A stretch of 64,000 bases of DNA, taken from assembly GCA_047285535.1 (NCBI GenBank), contig JBJBDC010000001.1:1472136-1536135 (forward strand), given 5' to 3'. How positions within the stretch are numbered: position 1 is the stretch's first letter; the number at the start of each line of letters is the position of its first letter. The stretch is from Synechococcus sp. (lineage in GTDB: Bacteria; Cyanobacteriota; Cyanobacteriia; PCC-6307; Cyanobiaceae). This document shows positions 36,357 through 45,234 of this stretch, in pieces. The translations under genes and the position numbers were made by a program. The notes beneath the pieces were generated by a model that was not told where the DNA came from, did not search any database, and was given only the letters and a program-made list of their open reading frames with translations.

Positions 36357-37370
36357 ATGACTCCCGACCTGCTGATCCTGATTCTGCTTGTGGGCGTAGT
36401 ACTGACTGGATCCGCCTTGTGTTCTGGCGTCGAGGCGGCTTTCCTGTCTGTGAATCCTGTTCGGGTTCATGAATTAGCAGGTCGAGCCAAACCGATTGCT
36501 GGTGCTCGCAGACTTGCCCAGCTTCGTCAACGACTGGGCCGAACCCTATCGGTGCTGGTCATTGCCAACAACGGCTTCAATATTTTCGGCAGTTTGATGC
36601 TCGGTGGCTACGCCGCTTGGCTGTTCGAAGATATGGGCATTAGCGCTGTGGCTCTCCCGCTATTTTCCATTGGTCTCACGGTACTGGTGATTCTTTTGGG
36701 GGAGATCCTCCCCAAAGCATTCGGCACGCGACTGGCGCTGCCCGTCTCACTCGCCAGTGCACCGATCTTGCACCTGCTTGGAGTTTTGATGCGTCCTCTG
36801 GTACTCCTGCTGGAGAGACTGCTGCCTGCCATTACCCAAGAAAGCGAACTCAGCACCGACGAAGAGGAGATTCGATTGCTGGCCCGCATGGGATCCCAAA
36901 CCGGCCAAATCGAAGCAGATGAAGCGGCCATGATCGCCAAAGTGTTTCAACTCAATGACCTCACCGCTAGGGATTTGATGACACCAAGGGTTGCGGCTCC
37001 GAGCTTGGATGGAGCGAGCACATTGACGCAGCTGAGGTCCGCTCTGCTCGAAAACGAGGCCCAATGGTGGGTGGTACTCGGTGATGCCGTCGACAAGGTT
37101 TTGGGTGTAGCAAGTCGTGATCGATTGCTGGCTGCACTGGTCCAAAATCAAGGTCAACTCACCCCAGCAGATCTCAGCGAACCCGTTGAATTTGTGCCTG
37201 AGATGATTCGTGTTGATCGACTGTTGACAGCCTTCCGACGCGACAACAGCGGGGTCCGAGTTGTGGTTGATGAATTCGGGGGTTTTGTTGGCGTCATTGG
37301 CCCTGATGCGGTGCTTGCGGTCCTCGCTGGCTGGTGGCGCAAGTCAGCAGGAGCCAATGCTTCGTCATGA
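36357..37370 (+). CDS. CNNM/DUF21 plus CBS domain protein (HlyC/CorC-like)
   Basis: SGVEAAF, GEILPK, LMTPR and VVDEFGG motifs. Confidence 0.9.
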   Translation: MTPDLLILILLVGVVLTGSALCSGVEAAFLSVNPVRVHELAGRAKPIAGARRLAQLRQRLGRTLSVLVIANNGFNIFGSLMLGGYAAWLFEDMGISAVALPLFSIGLTVLVILLGEILPKAFGTRLALPVSLASAPILHLLGVLMRPLVLLLERLLPAITQESELSTDEEEIRLLARMGSQTGQIEADEAAMIAKVFQLNDLTARDLMTPRVAAPSLDGASTLTQLRSALLENEAQWWVVLGDAVDKVLGVASRDRLLAALVQNQGQLTPADLSEPVEFVPEMIRVDRLLTAFRRDNSGVRVVVDEFGGFVGVIGPDAVLAVLAGWWRKSAGANASS

Positions 37371-38716
37371 CGGCGTCTGCGCCTACATCCACCGCTAAGC
37401 GGTGCCTCGCACTGCTGCTCACCTGGCGATCTCAGCTCAAGCTCAATAGCCGAGAGCAAACCCTCTTGGCTGGTTCGCTCAGGAGCTTGGACCTGCAATT
37501 GGAGCGCCTGGCAAATCGCAAACTGCGCGTCGCAGTGTTCGGTCGCGTTGGAGTTGGAAAATCAAGCCTCGTCAATGCGCTAATCGGCCATGATCTCCTG
37601 GCCACTGATGTAGCCCACGGCTGCACCAGACATCAACAGGCTGTGCCTTGGGAGATCTCAATTCCTGGCCTCAACACAATCGAGCTTGTTGACACACCAG
37701 GCATCGATGAAGTGGCTGCAGCAGCACGAGCAAGGCTGGCCGCACGCGTGGCCCTGCAGTCCGATCTTGTGTTGCTTGTCTTGGATGCGGATATCAGCAG
37801 GGTTGAACTCGATGCCCTGGAGACGTTGATCAGCAGTGGCAAACCAGTGTTAACGGTGCTGAACCGCAGTGACTGTTTCCCTACGGAGCAACTCCACAGT
37901 CTGCAAAGGAGCATTAGCCAAAGGATCGGGGAGCGCTGTTACCGCCATCACCGAGCCAGGCTGCCTCAGCCGATTGCCGTTTCAGCCGCCCCACGCCTGG
38001 CCTACCAACGATCCGATGGTCGAGTGCGGAGCAAGCAACAACCAGCGGTTGTGAACCCTTTACGCACGGCTGTGATCAATCTGCTGCAAGAGCAAGGCCA
38101 AGCCCTCTTGGCCTTCAATGCACTCCGGCAAGCAGAACGGCTCCAGCAACAACTGGAATCAGGGCGACTGGAGCGCCGACGACTAGATGCACAAGGCCTT
38201 ATCGGCCGCTACGCAGCGCTCAAGGCCACAGGGGTTGCTGCCAATCCTCTGGTGTTACTCGATCTAGCCGGAGGCTTGGCCTGCGACACCGCCTTAGTGG
38301 TGCAGCTCTGCAAGCTCTATGACCTGCCGATGGGAGGCCCTGCCGCACGACGACTCATGCAACGGCTATCGGGGCATAACGCCATGTTGGGAGGCGTCCA
38401 ACTGGGACTTCAGCTTGCGCTCTCTGGACTTCGACAGCTTTTGCTCATCGCTGCCCCCTTTTCCGGAGGTTTAAGCCTGGGTCCAGCGGCACCCGTTGCC
38501 GTCGCGCAGGCGGCTCTCGCCGTACACACAACGCGCAGGACTGGCCAGCTCACAGCCCGCTGGCTTGTCGATCAACGAGGTCGAGGGCGGCGAGGCAATC
38601 CAGCACCGATGACCCTCATGCGGCGACTGGTTCGAAGCGATAACAGCATGCAACGTTTACTTGCAGAGTGGCCACAGCCTCCGAGTCGGCCCCAGCGCGA
38701 TGGGCTCTTGCCATGA
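37367..38716 (+). CDS. GTP-binding protein with DUF697 domain
   Basis: GRVGVGKSS, DTPG, NRSD, then AANPLVLLDLAGG. Confidence 0.88.
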   Translation: MTASAPTSTAKRCLALLLTWRSQLKLNSREQTLLAGSLRSLDLQLERLANRKLRVAVFGRVGVGKSSLVNALIGHDLLATDVAHGCTRHQQAVPWEISIPGLNTIELVDTPGIDEVAAAARARLAARVALQSDLVLLVLDADISRVELDALETLISSGKPVLTVLNRSDCFPTEQLHSLQRSISQRIGERCYRHHRARLPQPIAVSAAPRLAYQRSDGRVRSKQQPAVVNPLRTAVINLLQEQGQALLAFNALRQAERLQQQLESGRLERRRLDAQGLIGRYAALKATGVAANPLVLLDLAGGLACDTALVVQLCKLYDLPMGGPAARRLMQRLSGHNAMLGGVQLGLQLALSGLRQLLLIAAPFSGGLSLGPAAPVAVAQAALAVHTTRRTGQLTARWLVDQRGRGRRGNPAPMTLMRRLVRSDNSMQRLLAEWPQPPSRPQRDGLLP

Positions 38717-39291
38717 GCGCAACAATCGCCCTGCTCGGCACCAGCGCCGATCCACCAACACTCGGTCATCAGGCGCTACTAGAAAGTCTTTTGGTTCACT
38801 TTCAACGCGTCGCCACCTGGGCTAGCGACAACCCAATGAAACGTCACGATGCCTGCCTCGAGCTCCGTAGGGAATTACTCCAGACCTTGGTCAAGGCGAT
38901 CGACAACCCACGGGTGAGCATCGTTCAAACCCTCAGCAGCCCGTACACCATCACCACGCTTGAACGAGCAGCACATCTGTGGCCCGATCACGAGCTCTAC
39001 TTCGTTGTGGGAAGTGATCTGGCTGCTCAGATTCCCCATTGGAAGCAAAGCGAACTTTGGCTCAAGCGCTGCCGCTTGGGAGTGGTGCCGCGAAAGGGTT
39101 GGCCATTGGAACCCAAACATCTCGAACAACTCCGCCATCTCGGTGCAGAGATCACAGTGCTGCCCTTGCAGATACCCGAGACCGCCAGCTCCAGCATTCG
39201 CAAAACGATCGCGATTGATCAAATCCCTAAACCGCTCTTGCCGCTCCTCTTGCAGCACAATCTTTACGGACTCCAAGACGCTCCTTCCTGA
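38713..39291 (+). CDS. nadD: Nicotinate-nucleotide adenylyltransferase
   Basis: GTSADPPTLGH, VGSDL and SSSIR motifs. Confidence 0.92.
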   Translation: MSATIALLGTSADPPTLGHQALLESLLVHFQRVATWASDNPMKRHDACLELRRELLQTLVKAIDNPRVSIVQTLSSPYTITTLERAAHLWPDHELYFVVGSDLAAQIPHWKQSELWLKRCRLGVVPRKGWPLEPKHLEQLRHLGAEITVLPLQIPETASSSIRKTIAIDQIPKPLLPLLLQHNLYGLQDAPS

Positions 39292-39297
39292 ATTGTC

Positions 39298-41019
39298 ATG
39301 CGCATCGCCTTGGCCCAGACCAATCCTCTGGTGGGCGATCTGTCCGGGAACGCCAAACGACTTCTAGAGGCTTGTCTCAACATCAGCGATCAGGCGCAGC
39401 GCAACCCCCCAGCGCTTGTGGTGAGTCCAGAACTTTCACTTTGGGGCTACCCACCTCGAGACCTGCTGTTAAGCCCTGAGCATCTCCAGCAGCAAAGCCA
39501 GGTCCTAAACCAACTCCAACAGGAACTCACTCATTCCCTGCCGCAAACTGCCCTTCTGGTGGGGGTGGTGGAACCTGCACCAGACCAGCAGCATCCACGA
39601 CTCTTCAATGCCGCAGCCCTGGTGGAAGCCAACGGTTGGCGCGTCGTAGCCCGCAAACAGCTCCTTCCCACCTACGACGTCTTTGATGAATCGCGTTATT
39701 TCAGACCGGCCTACCAACCCGGTGTTCTGAGACTTGCCGCTGAAGGAAAGGAATGGCGCCTCGGTCTCACCATCTGCGAAGACTTGTGGGTAGAGGACGC
39801 GCTCCAAGAGCAACGCTTGGTGGGACCGGATCCGATTGCCAACCTGGTCCCGGAGCAAGTGGATGTGTTATTGAACCTCTCCGCGTCCCCTTTCGGCAGA
39901 ACCAAATCATCAATCCGGCATCAGCTCGCCGCCCGCGCTGCCAAACGATTGAATTGTCCGGTTATTTATGTGAACCAGGTCGGCGGCAACGACGAGTTGG
40001 TGTTCGATGGCTCCAGTTTCGTAGTGGCATCCACTGGTGAAGTGGAGTTGCAACTGCCCACCTGCCGTGAAGCGATCGCATGCTGGGACAGCACTGACAG
40101 GAGGGTCACAGCAGCGGCAGGTCAACCAGACACCTCGGAAAGCGCTGATCTCGAGGCACTATTCCAAGCCCTTGTACTCGGCGTGCGTGACTACGCGAGC
40201 AAGTGCAGCTTTGAACGCGTCCTGCTGGGTCTGAGTGGAGGCATTGACTCAGCTCTCGTGGCAGTGATCGCGGCAGCAGCACTCGGAGCAGACCGCGTGC
40301 AGGCGATGCTGATGCCCTCTCCCTGGAGTTCAAAAGGATCCATCAACGACGCAGAAGCTCTTGCACAACGCCTAGGAATTCTTACAAAAAAAATTCCGAT
40401 TGAAATGCTGATGGAGGGCTTCAAAGCCTCCCTCATTCCGGCACTGGGTCAAGCACCGTCAGGCATCACAGCCGAAAATCTGCAGTCCCGCATTCGAGGC
40501 ACCTTGCTGATGGCCGTTGCAAACCAGCAAGGACAACTCTTGCTCTCCACGGGCAACAAATCGGAGCTTGCGGTGGGTTACTGCACTCTGTACGGCGACA
40601 TGAATGGAGGATTGGCCGTCATCGGTGATCTCTACAAATCAACAGTGTTTTCCCTCTGCCGCTGGTTGGACAGCCCGGAAGCCAGAGTTTGTCGAACTGA
40701 CCTGGGGCTTCCAAGCAGCAACGAACTCATCGGACAAGAGATCTTGAACAAACCGCCGAGTGCAGAGTTACGCCCAGATCAGCAAGACAGCGATTCACTT
40801 CCTGATTACGCAACCCTTGATCCACTCCTTCATGATCTAATCGAAAAGCACAGCTCAGGCGCTCAATTAATCGCAGCCGGCCATGACCCTGCTGATGTGC
40901 AACGAATTGAACAATTATTCCGGCGATCGGAATTCAAACGCCGACAAGCTCCTCCAGTTTTGAAAGTGAGCCGCCAGGCCTTTGGTAGCGGCTGGAGGCT
41001 CCCCATCGCTGCCCGGTGA
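39298..41019 (+). CDS. nadE: Glutamine-dependent NAD+ synthetase
   Basis: Nitrilase domain (ICEDLW) plus GLSGGIDS, ENLQSRIRG, GNKSE and PPSAEL. Confidence 0.95.
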   Translation: MRIALAQTNPLVGDLSGNAKRLLEACLNISDQAQRNPPALVVSPELSLWGYPPRDLLLSPEHLQQQSQVLNQLQQELTHSLPQTALLVGVVEPAPDQQHPRLFNAAALVEANGWRVVARKQLLPTYDVFDESRYFRPAYQPGVLRLAAEGKEWRLGLTICEDLWVEDALQEQRLVGPDPIANLVPEQVDVLLNLSASPFGRTKSSIRHQLAARAAKRLNCPVIYVNQVGGNDELVFDGSSFVVASTGEVELQLPTCREAIACWDSTDRRVTAAAGQPDTSESADLEALFQALVLGVRDYASKCSFERVLLGLSGGIDSALVAVIAAAALGADRVQAMLMPSPWSSKGSINDAEALAQRLGILTKKIPIEMLMEGFKASLIPALGQAPSGITAENLQSRIRGTLLMAVANQQGQLLLSTGNKSELAVGYCTLYGDMNGGLAVIGDLYKSTVFSLCRWLDSPEARVCRTDLGLPSSNELIGQEILNKPPSAELRPDQQDSDSLPDYATLDPLLHDLIEKHSSGAQLIAAGHDPADVQRIEQLFRRSEFKRRQAPPVLKVSRQAFGSGWRLPIAAR

Positions 41020-41089
41020 TTTCAACTCACTTAATCCAGTGGCCATTCCTGCTGAGCAGGGTCAGATTGAAGAATCGTCGTCGGCAGCC

Positions 41090-42229
41090 ATGGCCCAATC
41101 CATACTGACGGCTCCGATGGCCACCATCGGAGTTCCTACAGAGATCAAAGTTGATGAGCAACGTGTCGCGTTGACCCCTGATGCGGTGAAAGAGCTGGTG
41201 ACCCATGGACTTGAGGTACGGATTCAATACGGAGCCGGAGCTGGAGCAGGGATTGATGACGACGCCTTTGCTTCTGCAGGCGCACAGATGGTGGATCGAG
41301 ACCAGGCCTGGGGAGCTCACCTGGTCGTGAAGGTCAAGGAACCGCAACCTGAGGAATTCCGTTTTTTACGGCAAGACATGGTGTTGCTGACCTACCTCCA
41401 CCTCGCGGCCTACCCAGAGGTTGGCGAAGCTCTTCTTGAGGCTGGGACCACGGGCGTTGCCTACGAAACGGTACAACTTGAAAACGGAAGCCTTCCCCTG
41501 CTGGCGCCGATGAGTGAAATTGCAGGTCGTCTCGCTGCACAAGTTGATGCGCGCCTGCTCGAGCGTCCCCAAGGGGGCAGAGGCGTTCTCATCGGAGGAT
41601 GCACAGGCGTGCAACCGGCTCGCGTGGTGGTGCTTGGTGCAGGCACCGTGGGGTGGAACGCAGCACGGCTCGCTGCGGCGATGGATGCCGAAGTAATGCT
41701 CCTGGATCGCTCTCCGGAACGATTACGCAGCCTGGATGCCTTTCGGCGAGGACGCCTGATGAGTCTCGTCAGCAGCCGAGGCCTTCTAGAGCGATTGATC
41801 CCAACAGCTGACCTGCTTATTGGTGCGGTCTTGACCCCTGGAGGCAGAGCTCCAACTTTGATTGATGAAGCCATGGTCCAAGGGATGAAACCTGGATCAG
41901 CGATCGTTGATGTGGCCATTGATCAAGGCGGCTGTATCTCCACCAGCAAGGAAACAACCCATACCAATCCCACAGTGACCATTCACGGTATTCAGCACTA
42001 TGCCGTCGGGAATATGCCCGGAGCCGTTCCTTTCACATCCACAGAGGCCCTCGTCAGCGTGACCTTGCCATACATCCTTGGCATTGCAGGGCGCGGCCTG
42101 GAGGAAGCGGTCACAGAACGGCCTGAATTGCTGTCTGGCCTGAATACGGTGCAGGGATCTGTATGCCATCCAGGCGTAGCAAAGGCACTGGACGTACCAC
42201 CACGTCATCCCATGGCCTGCTTGCGCTGA
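41090..42229 (+). CDS. ald: Alanine dehydrogenase
   Basis: IGVPTEIK, KVKEP, YLHLAA, PMSEIAGR, DVAIDQGG and NMPGAVP motifs. Confidence 0.95.
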   Translation: MAQSILTAPMATIGVPTEIKVDEQRVALTPDAVKELVTHGLEVRIQYGAGAGAGIDDDAFASAGAQMVDRDQAWGAHLVVKVKEPQPEEFRFLRQDMVLLTYLHLAAYPEVGEALLEAGTTGVAYETVQLENGSLPLLAPMSEIAGRLAAQVDARLLERPQGGRGVLIGGCTGVQPARVVVLGAGTVGWNAARLAAAMDAEVMLLDRSPERLRSLDAFRRGRLMSLVSSRGLLERLIPTADLLIGAVLTPGGRAPTLIDEAMVQGMKPGSAIVDVAIDQGGCISTSKETTHTNPTVTIHGIQHYAVGNMPGAVPFTSTEALVSVTLPYILGIAGRGLEEAVTERPELLSGLNTVQGSVCHPGVAKALDVPPRHPMACLR

Positions 42230-42375
42230 TCATCATCTGGTTCTTGCTTGACGAAAAGAAGCTTCAGAACGCAGCAAACGGCTCAAAGCGAGCACAAACA
42301 TCAGCCTCAAACCAACAACATCCAAAGCCCCACCACTATCTAACAGAATCAAGATAGAGCCAAAAGACAACAATC

Positions 42376-43875
42376 ATGCCTAGATACTTGTTTCGCGAAG
42401 GAGTAAAGATCAACCCAGAAAATAAAGACATAATCATCACAACTCCTTACGCCACACGATCAAGCCCAAACCAGCAAACGCTCCGAATCAAAGATCCTGA
42501 AGCGCCTTTAAAAAAGCTTCTCAAAGACCTTCTTCAAACCGGAGTCGAAAGCAATCAGCATTTAATAGCATGCGAGAGTATAGAGACTACAGCAATACAT
42601 TCAGCCCATGGATTCCAACTTAAAACGCTTTTCAAAAAAGGATTGCTGATTTACGAAATCGATGGATGCAATGGCACTGCCATACGCCTACTACCAATAA
42701 AACCTGGACCCAAACAACACGCCCTCCCAAAAGAAGGAAAGACATTTAAGCTCTCTAATTTTGCCAGCATTCAACCCTTCTCTGAAGGCCTCGACATCAC
42801 AACACCCTCATCACCTACAACATTACGACTACAAGACCATCGGCTCTACCAGATCATCCCAAAACTCGTAGAACCCTGCACGACGGATAGTATTCGTGAG
42901 CTCTTACCCGAGGATCTGCGATTACAAACTCTCGACATTATCTCGACCTTCCTCACATCGGAAACAATCGGAATCTGCAACACGCAGCACATTGCAACGA
43001 TCGATGCAGAAGCAATCGCTGCAGGCTGGAGCAAAGAAGATCTCACGTTCCACTGCCATACCCGTCGCCACAGCGTTGATCTCCACCAAGAAGAATCTTT
43101 AGCGAAAGAATTCTGCACCAAGACACCACAAGCAAGACATCAAAGAGTCATCCTCAATACAGTAAAACTAAAACAACCATTACCGCATCAGCACAACTCT
43201 AATTTCTTTCAAGTCATTGAGAAACGAAAGACCATTCGAGCCTATAGCAATCAGCCCATCAATTCTGAAGCGTTAGGAAATCTTCTCTGGTATTCAATAC
43301 GCACTCGAGAAGAAATCTGCTGTGATCCAGGATTACCTCGCTCCTACGAAGGTTTACTTAGACCAGTCGCAAGCGCAGGGGGCCTCCATTCCATCGAGCT
43401 TTATTTATGCATTAAACAGTGCATCGGCATTCCTCCAGGCTTTTATCATTACGACTCCTTTGAGCATGCACTGGGGAAATTAAGTGACCTGAATCAGGCA
43501 TGTGAAAACATGCTGACGCTTGCAGTCAATACAACATGCCGAGCACCACAGGCCCCTTCCATATCACCTGGCGAAGCCCAGCAGCCTGATATTTTAATCG
43601 TGATGGCCGCTCGCTATCAAAGAAATGCAAGCCTTCACTCTGGCACCGGGCTTGCCTACACTCTGATTCTAAAAGATGCCGGGTCAATCTATCAGCAACT
43701 CTATCTTGTTGCCACAGCCCTTGGACTCGCGCCGTGTGGATTAAGCTTTGGCAGCAGTGAATTATTCGAACAGGCTTCTGGCATCTCTAGCAAGACTGAA
43801 TGCTCCGTAGGCGAATTCATGATTGGCAATCCCAAGCAAGGGTCGATCATTCATCAAAGCCAAAGCTTGCATTAA
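42376..43875 (+). CDS. SagB/ThcOx-family (cyanobactin oxidase-like) FMN-binding protein
   Basis: W..EDLTFH..TR, EKRKTIRAY, RPVASAGGLHSIELY, GFYHYD...H.L, AYTLILKDAG.IYQQLYLVATALGL and VGEFMIG motifs. Confidence 0.85.
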   Translation: MPRYLFREGVKINPENKDIIITTPYATRSSPNQQTLRIKDPEAPLKKLLKDLLQTGVESNQHLIACESIETTAIHSAHGFQLKTLFKKGLLIYEIDGCNGTAIRLLPIKPGPKQHALPKEGKTFKLSNFASIQPFSEGLDITTPSSPTTLRLQDHRLYQIIPKLVEPCTTDSIRELLPEDLRLQTLDIISTFLTSETIGICNTQHIATIDAEAIAAGWSKEDLTFHCHTRRHSVDLHQEESLAKEFCTKTPQARHQRVILNTVKLKQPLPHQHNSNFFQVIEKRKTIRAYSNQPINSEALGNLLWYSIRTREEICCDPGLPRSYEGLLRPVASAGGLHSIELYLCIKQCIGIPPGFYHYDSFEHALGKLSDLNQACENMLTLAVNTTCRAPQAPSISPGEAQQPDILIVMAARYQRNASLHSGTGLAYTLILKDAGSIYQQLYLVATALGLAPCGLSFGSSELFEQASGISSKTECSVGEFMIGNPKQGSIIHQSQSLH

Positions 43876-44152
43876 AAGCAGTTTAAGTCTAAAGATAAAA
43901 AAGATCGCTTCTTTCTATATTAAATACTATCGGAGCGAACAAACAGAGGACGCAAGGAACAATTGATAGCTTGATCAAGCCTTGTCTTGCAATCAACTCA
44001 GCTTACACGCGACTTACAATAACAATCACTCCTCGAAACATACTATTCACCCCAAGCTGACAAAAAAACCTCCCAAATGATCAGATGATTCACGCTCAAG
44101 TATAGATTTACGGGTCAAACGAAATAGGAAGACTACAATTTAAAAGCCAGCA

Positions 44153-44389
44153 ATGAAATCCATGGAAGCTGTTGCGAATGCACTTAAACTAAAGACAGCA
44201 GGCTTTATGGCGTCATACTTTTGCTCTCGAAGCATCCTGAATGCATTATTCATATCGCTCATCACTTTTGTCATCATTCCATCAATCACAGCTGGAAGCG
44301 AGCCAGAGAGTTGCCTGCTGGCCGTTATTCCATCACTATTAGTAATAATAGTTTTTTGGCTTAGGTTTACACACAAATACGCAAATTGA
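44153..44389 (+). CDS. Small two-TM membrane protein
   Basis: Two hydrophobic segments; ends IVFWLRFTHKYAN. Confidence 0.6.
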   Translation: MKSMEAVANALKLKTAGFMASYFCSRSILNALFISLITFVIIPSITAGSEPESCLLAVIPSLLVIIVFWLRFTHKYAN

Positions 44390-44392
44390 ATC

Positions 44393-44614
44393 ATGGAAGC
44401 ATCAAGGAGCTCGCCTTACGGACTAGAACACTTCAGGAGCCTTGGATTCTTATTCTTTTTATGCGGAGCTTACTATCACTGTATTGATTTTCTAGGCACT
44501 GAAAAAACCACTCTATGGGGTATGGGACTAACTTTCTCAGGATTAATGCTAGCGACTATAGTATTTTGGCTTCGATTTGCCATACAAAGAAGAATCTGGA
44601 AATATTTATTTTAG
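44393..44614 (+). CDS. Small two-TM membrane protein
   Basis: Starts 3 nt after the previous stop; two hydrophobic segments; IVFWLRF motif. Confidence 0.65.
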   Translation: MEASRSSPYGLEHFRSLGFLFFLCGAYYHCIDFLGTEKTTLWGMGLTFSGLMLATIVFWLRFAIQRRIWKYLF

Positions 44615-44692
44615 ATTAAAGACTAAGTTCCAACCAAGCAAAAGCCAGGCACTCCCTGAAGCTGAGCTTTTCTCGGTCAGAACAGATGTCAT

Positions 44693-44956
44693 TCAATTGG
44701 CTGAACCATTTTTGGCTGAAGAAGGTTGAACAGGCACAGTCGATCCGTCTTTTCGCTTCAAAACAGTGGGATTAGCGGCAGCCGGCTTAGTAGCAGCCGG
44801 CTTAGAACTGGCAGACTTGGAAGCAGTCGAAGCCTTGCCAGGCTTGATTACATAAATCTTAGAGCCATATGTTTTTTCGATTAAGAAGAAAATCAACACC
44901 ACTACTGGGACCGAAGTTAAGCCACCAACAATGACCTCGAATTCAGACAACGCCAT
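44693..44956 (-). CDS. Small single-TM protein with Lys/Ser/Ala/Pro-rich tail
   Basis: ATG ORF with hydrophobic N-terminus and KPAATKPAAA repeats. Confidence 0.7.
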   Translation of the reverse strand: MALSEFEVIVGGLTSVPVVVLIFFLIEKTYGSKIYVIKPGKASTASKSASSKPAATKPAAANPTVLKRKDGSTVPVQPSSAKNGSAN

Positions 44957-45234
44957 TATAAAAGAATAATTTCAAACAATACCCGAGAGAATTCTCAGCA
45001 TCAAATCATTTGGCACCTATCGAAGCAGCTTTTGAAAAGGCAATAAGTACGTTTTGCGACGCCATCCCGCATCAGAAAATATAGACGGAGGAAAATATTG
45101 ACCACAGAAATGAAGCAATTGAGCGAAGAAAAGTATCATGTTTACAGCAAAATTGTTCAATCAAAATATGTTAAATCCGCGAAGATTTGCCGGGCATGAC
45201 TAACTAGTCTGAGACTGCCCAAGTTCATCAACCA

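Noticed and set aside
44140..44394. 84-aa minus-strand ORF
   Set aside because: It is antisense to the plus-strand ORF supported by the shared IVFWLRF motif.
44153..44956. Small ORFs as RiPP precursors for the ThcOx-like enzyme
   Set aside because: They are membrane-type and show no PatE, Nif11 or NHLP leader or recognition motifs.
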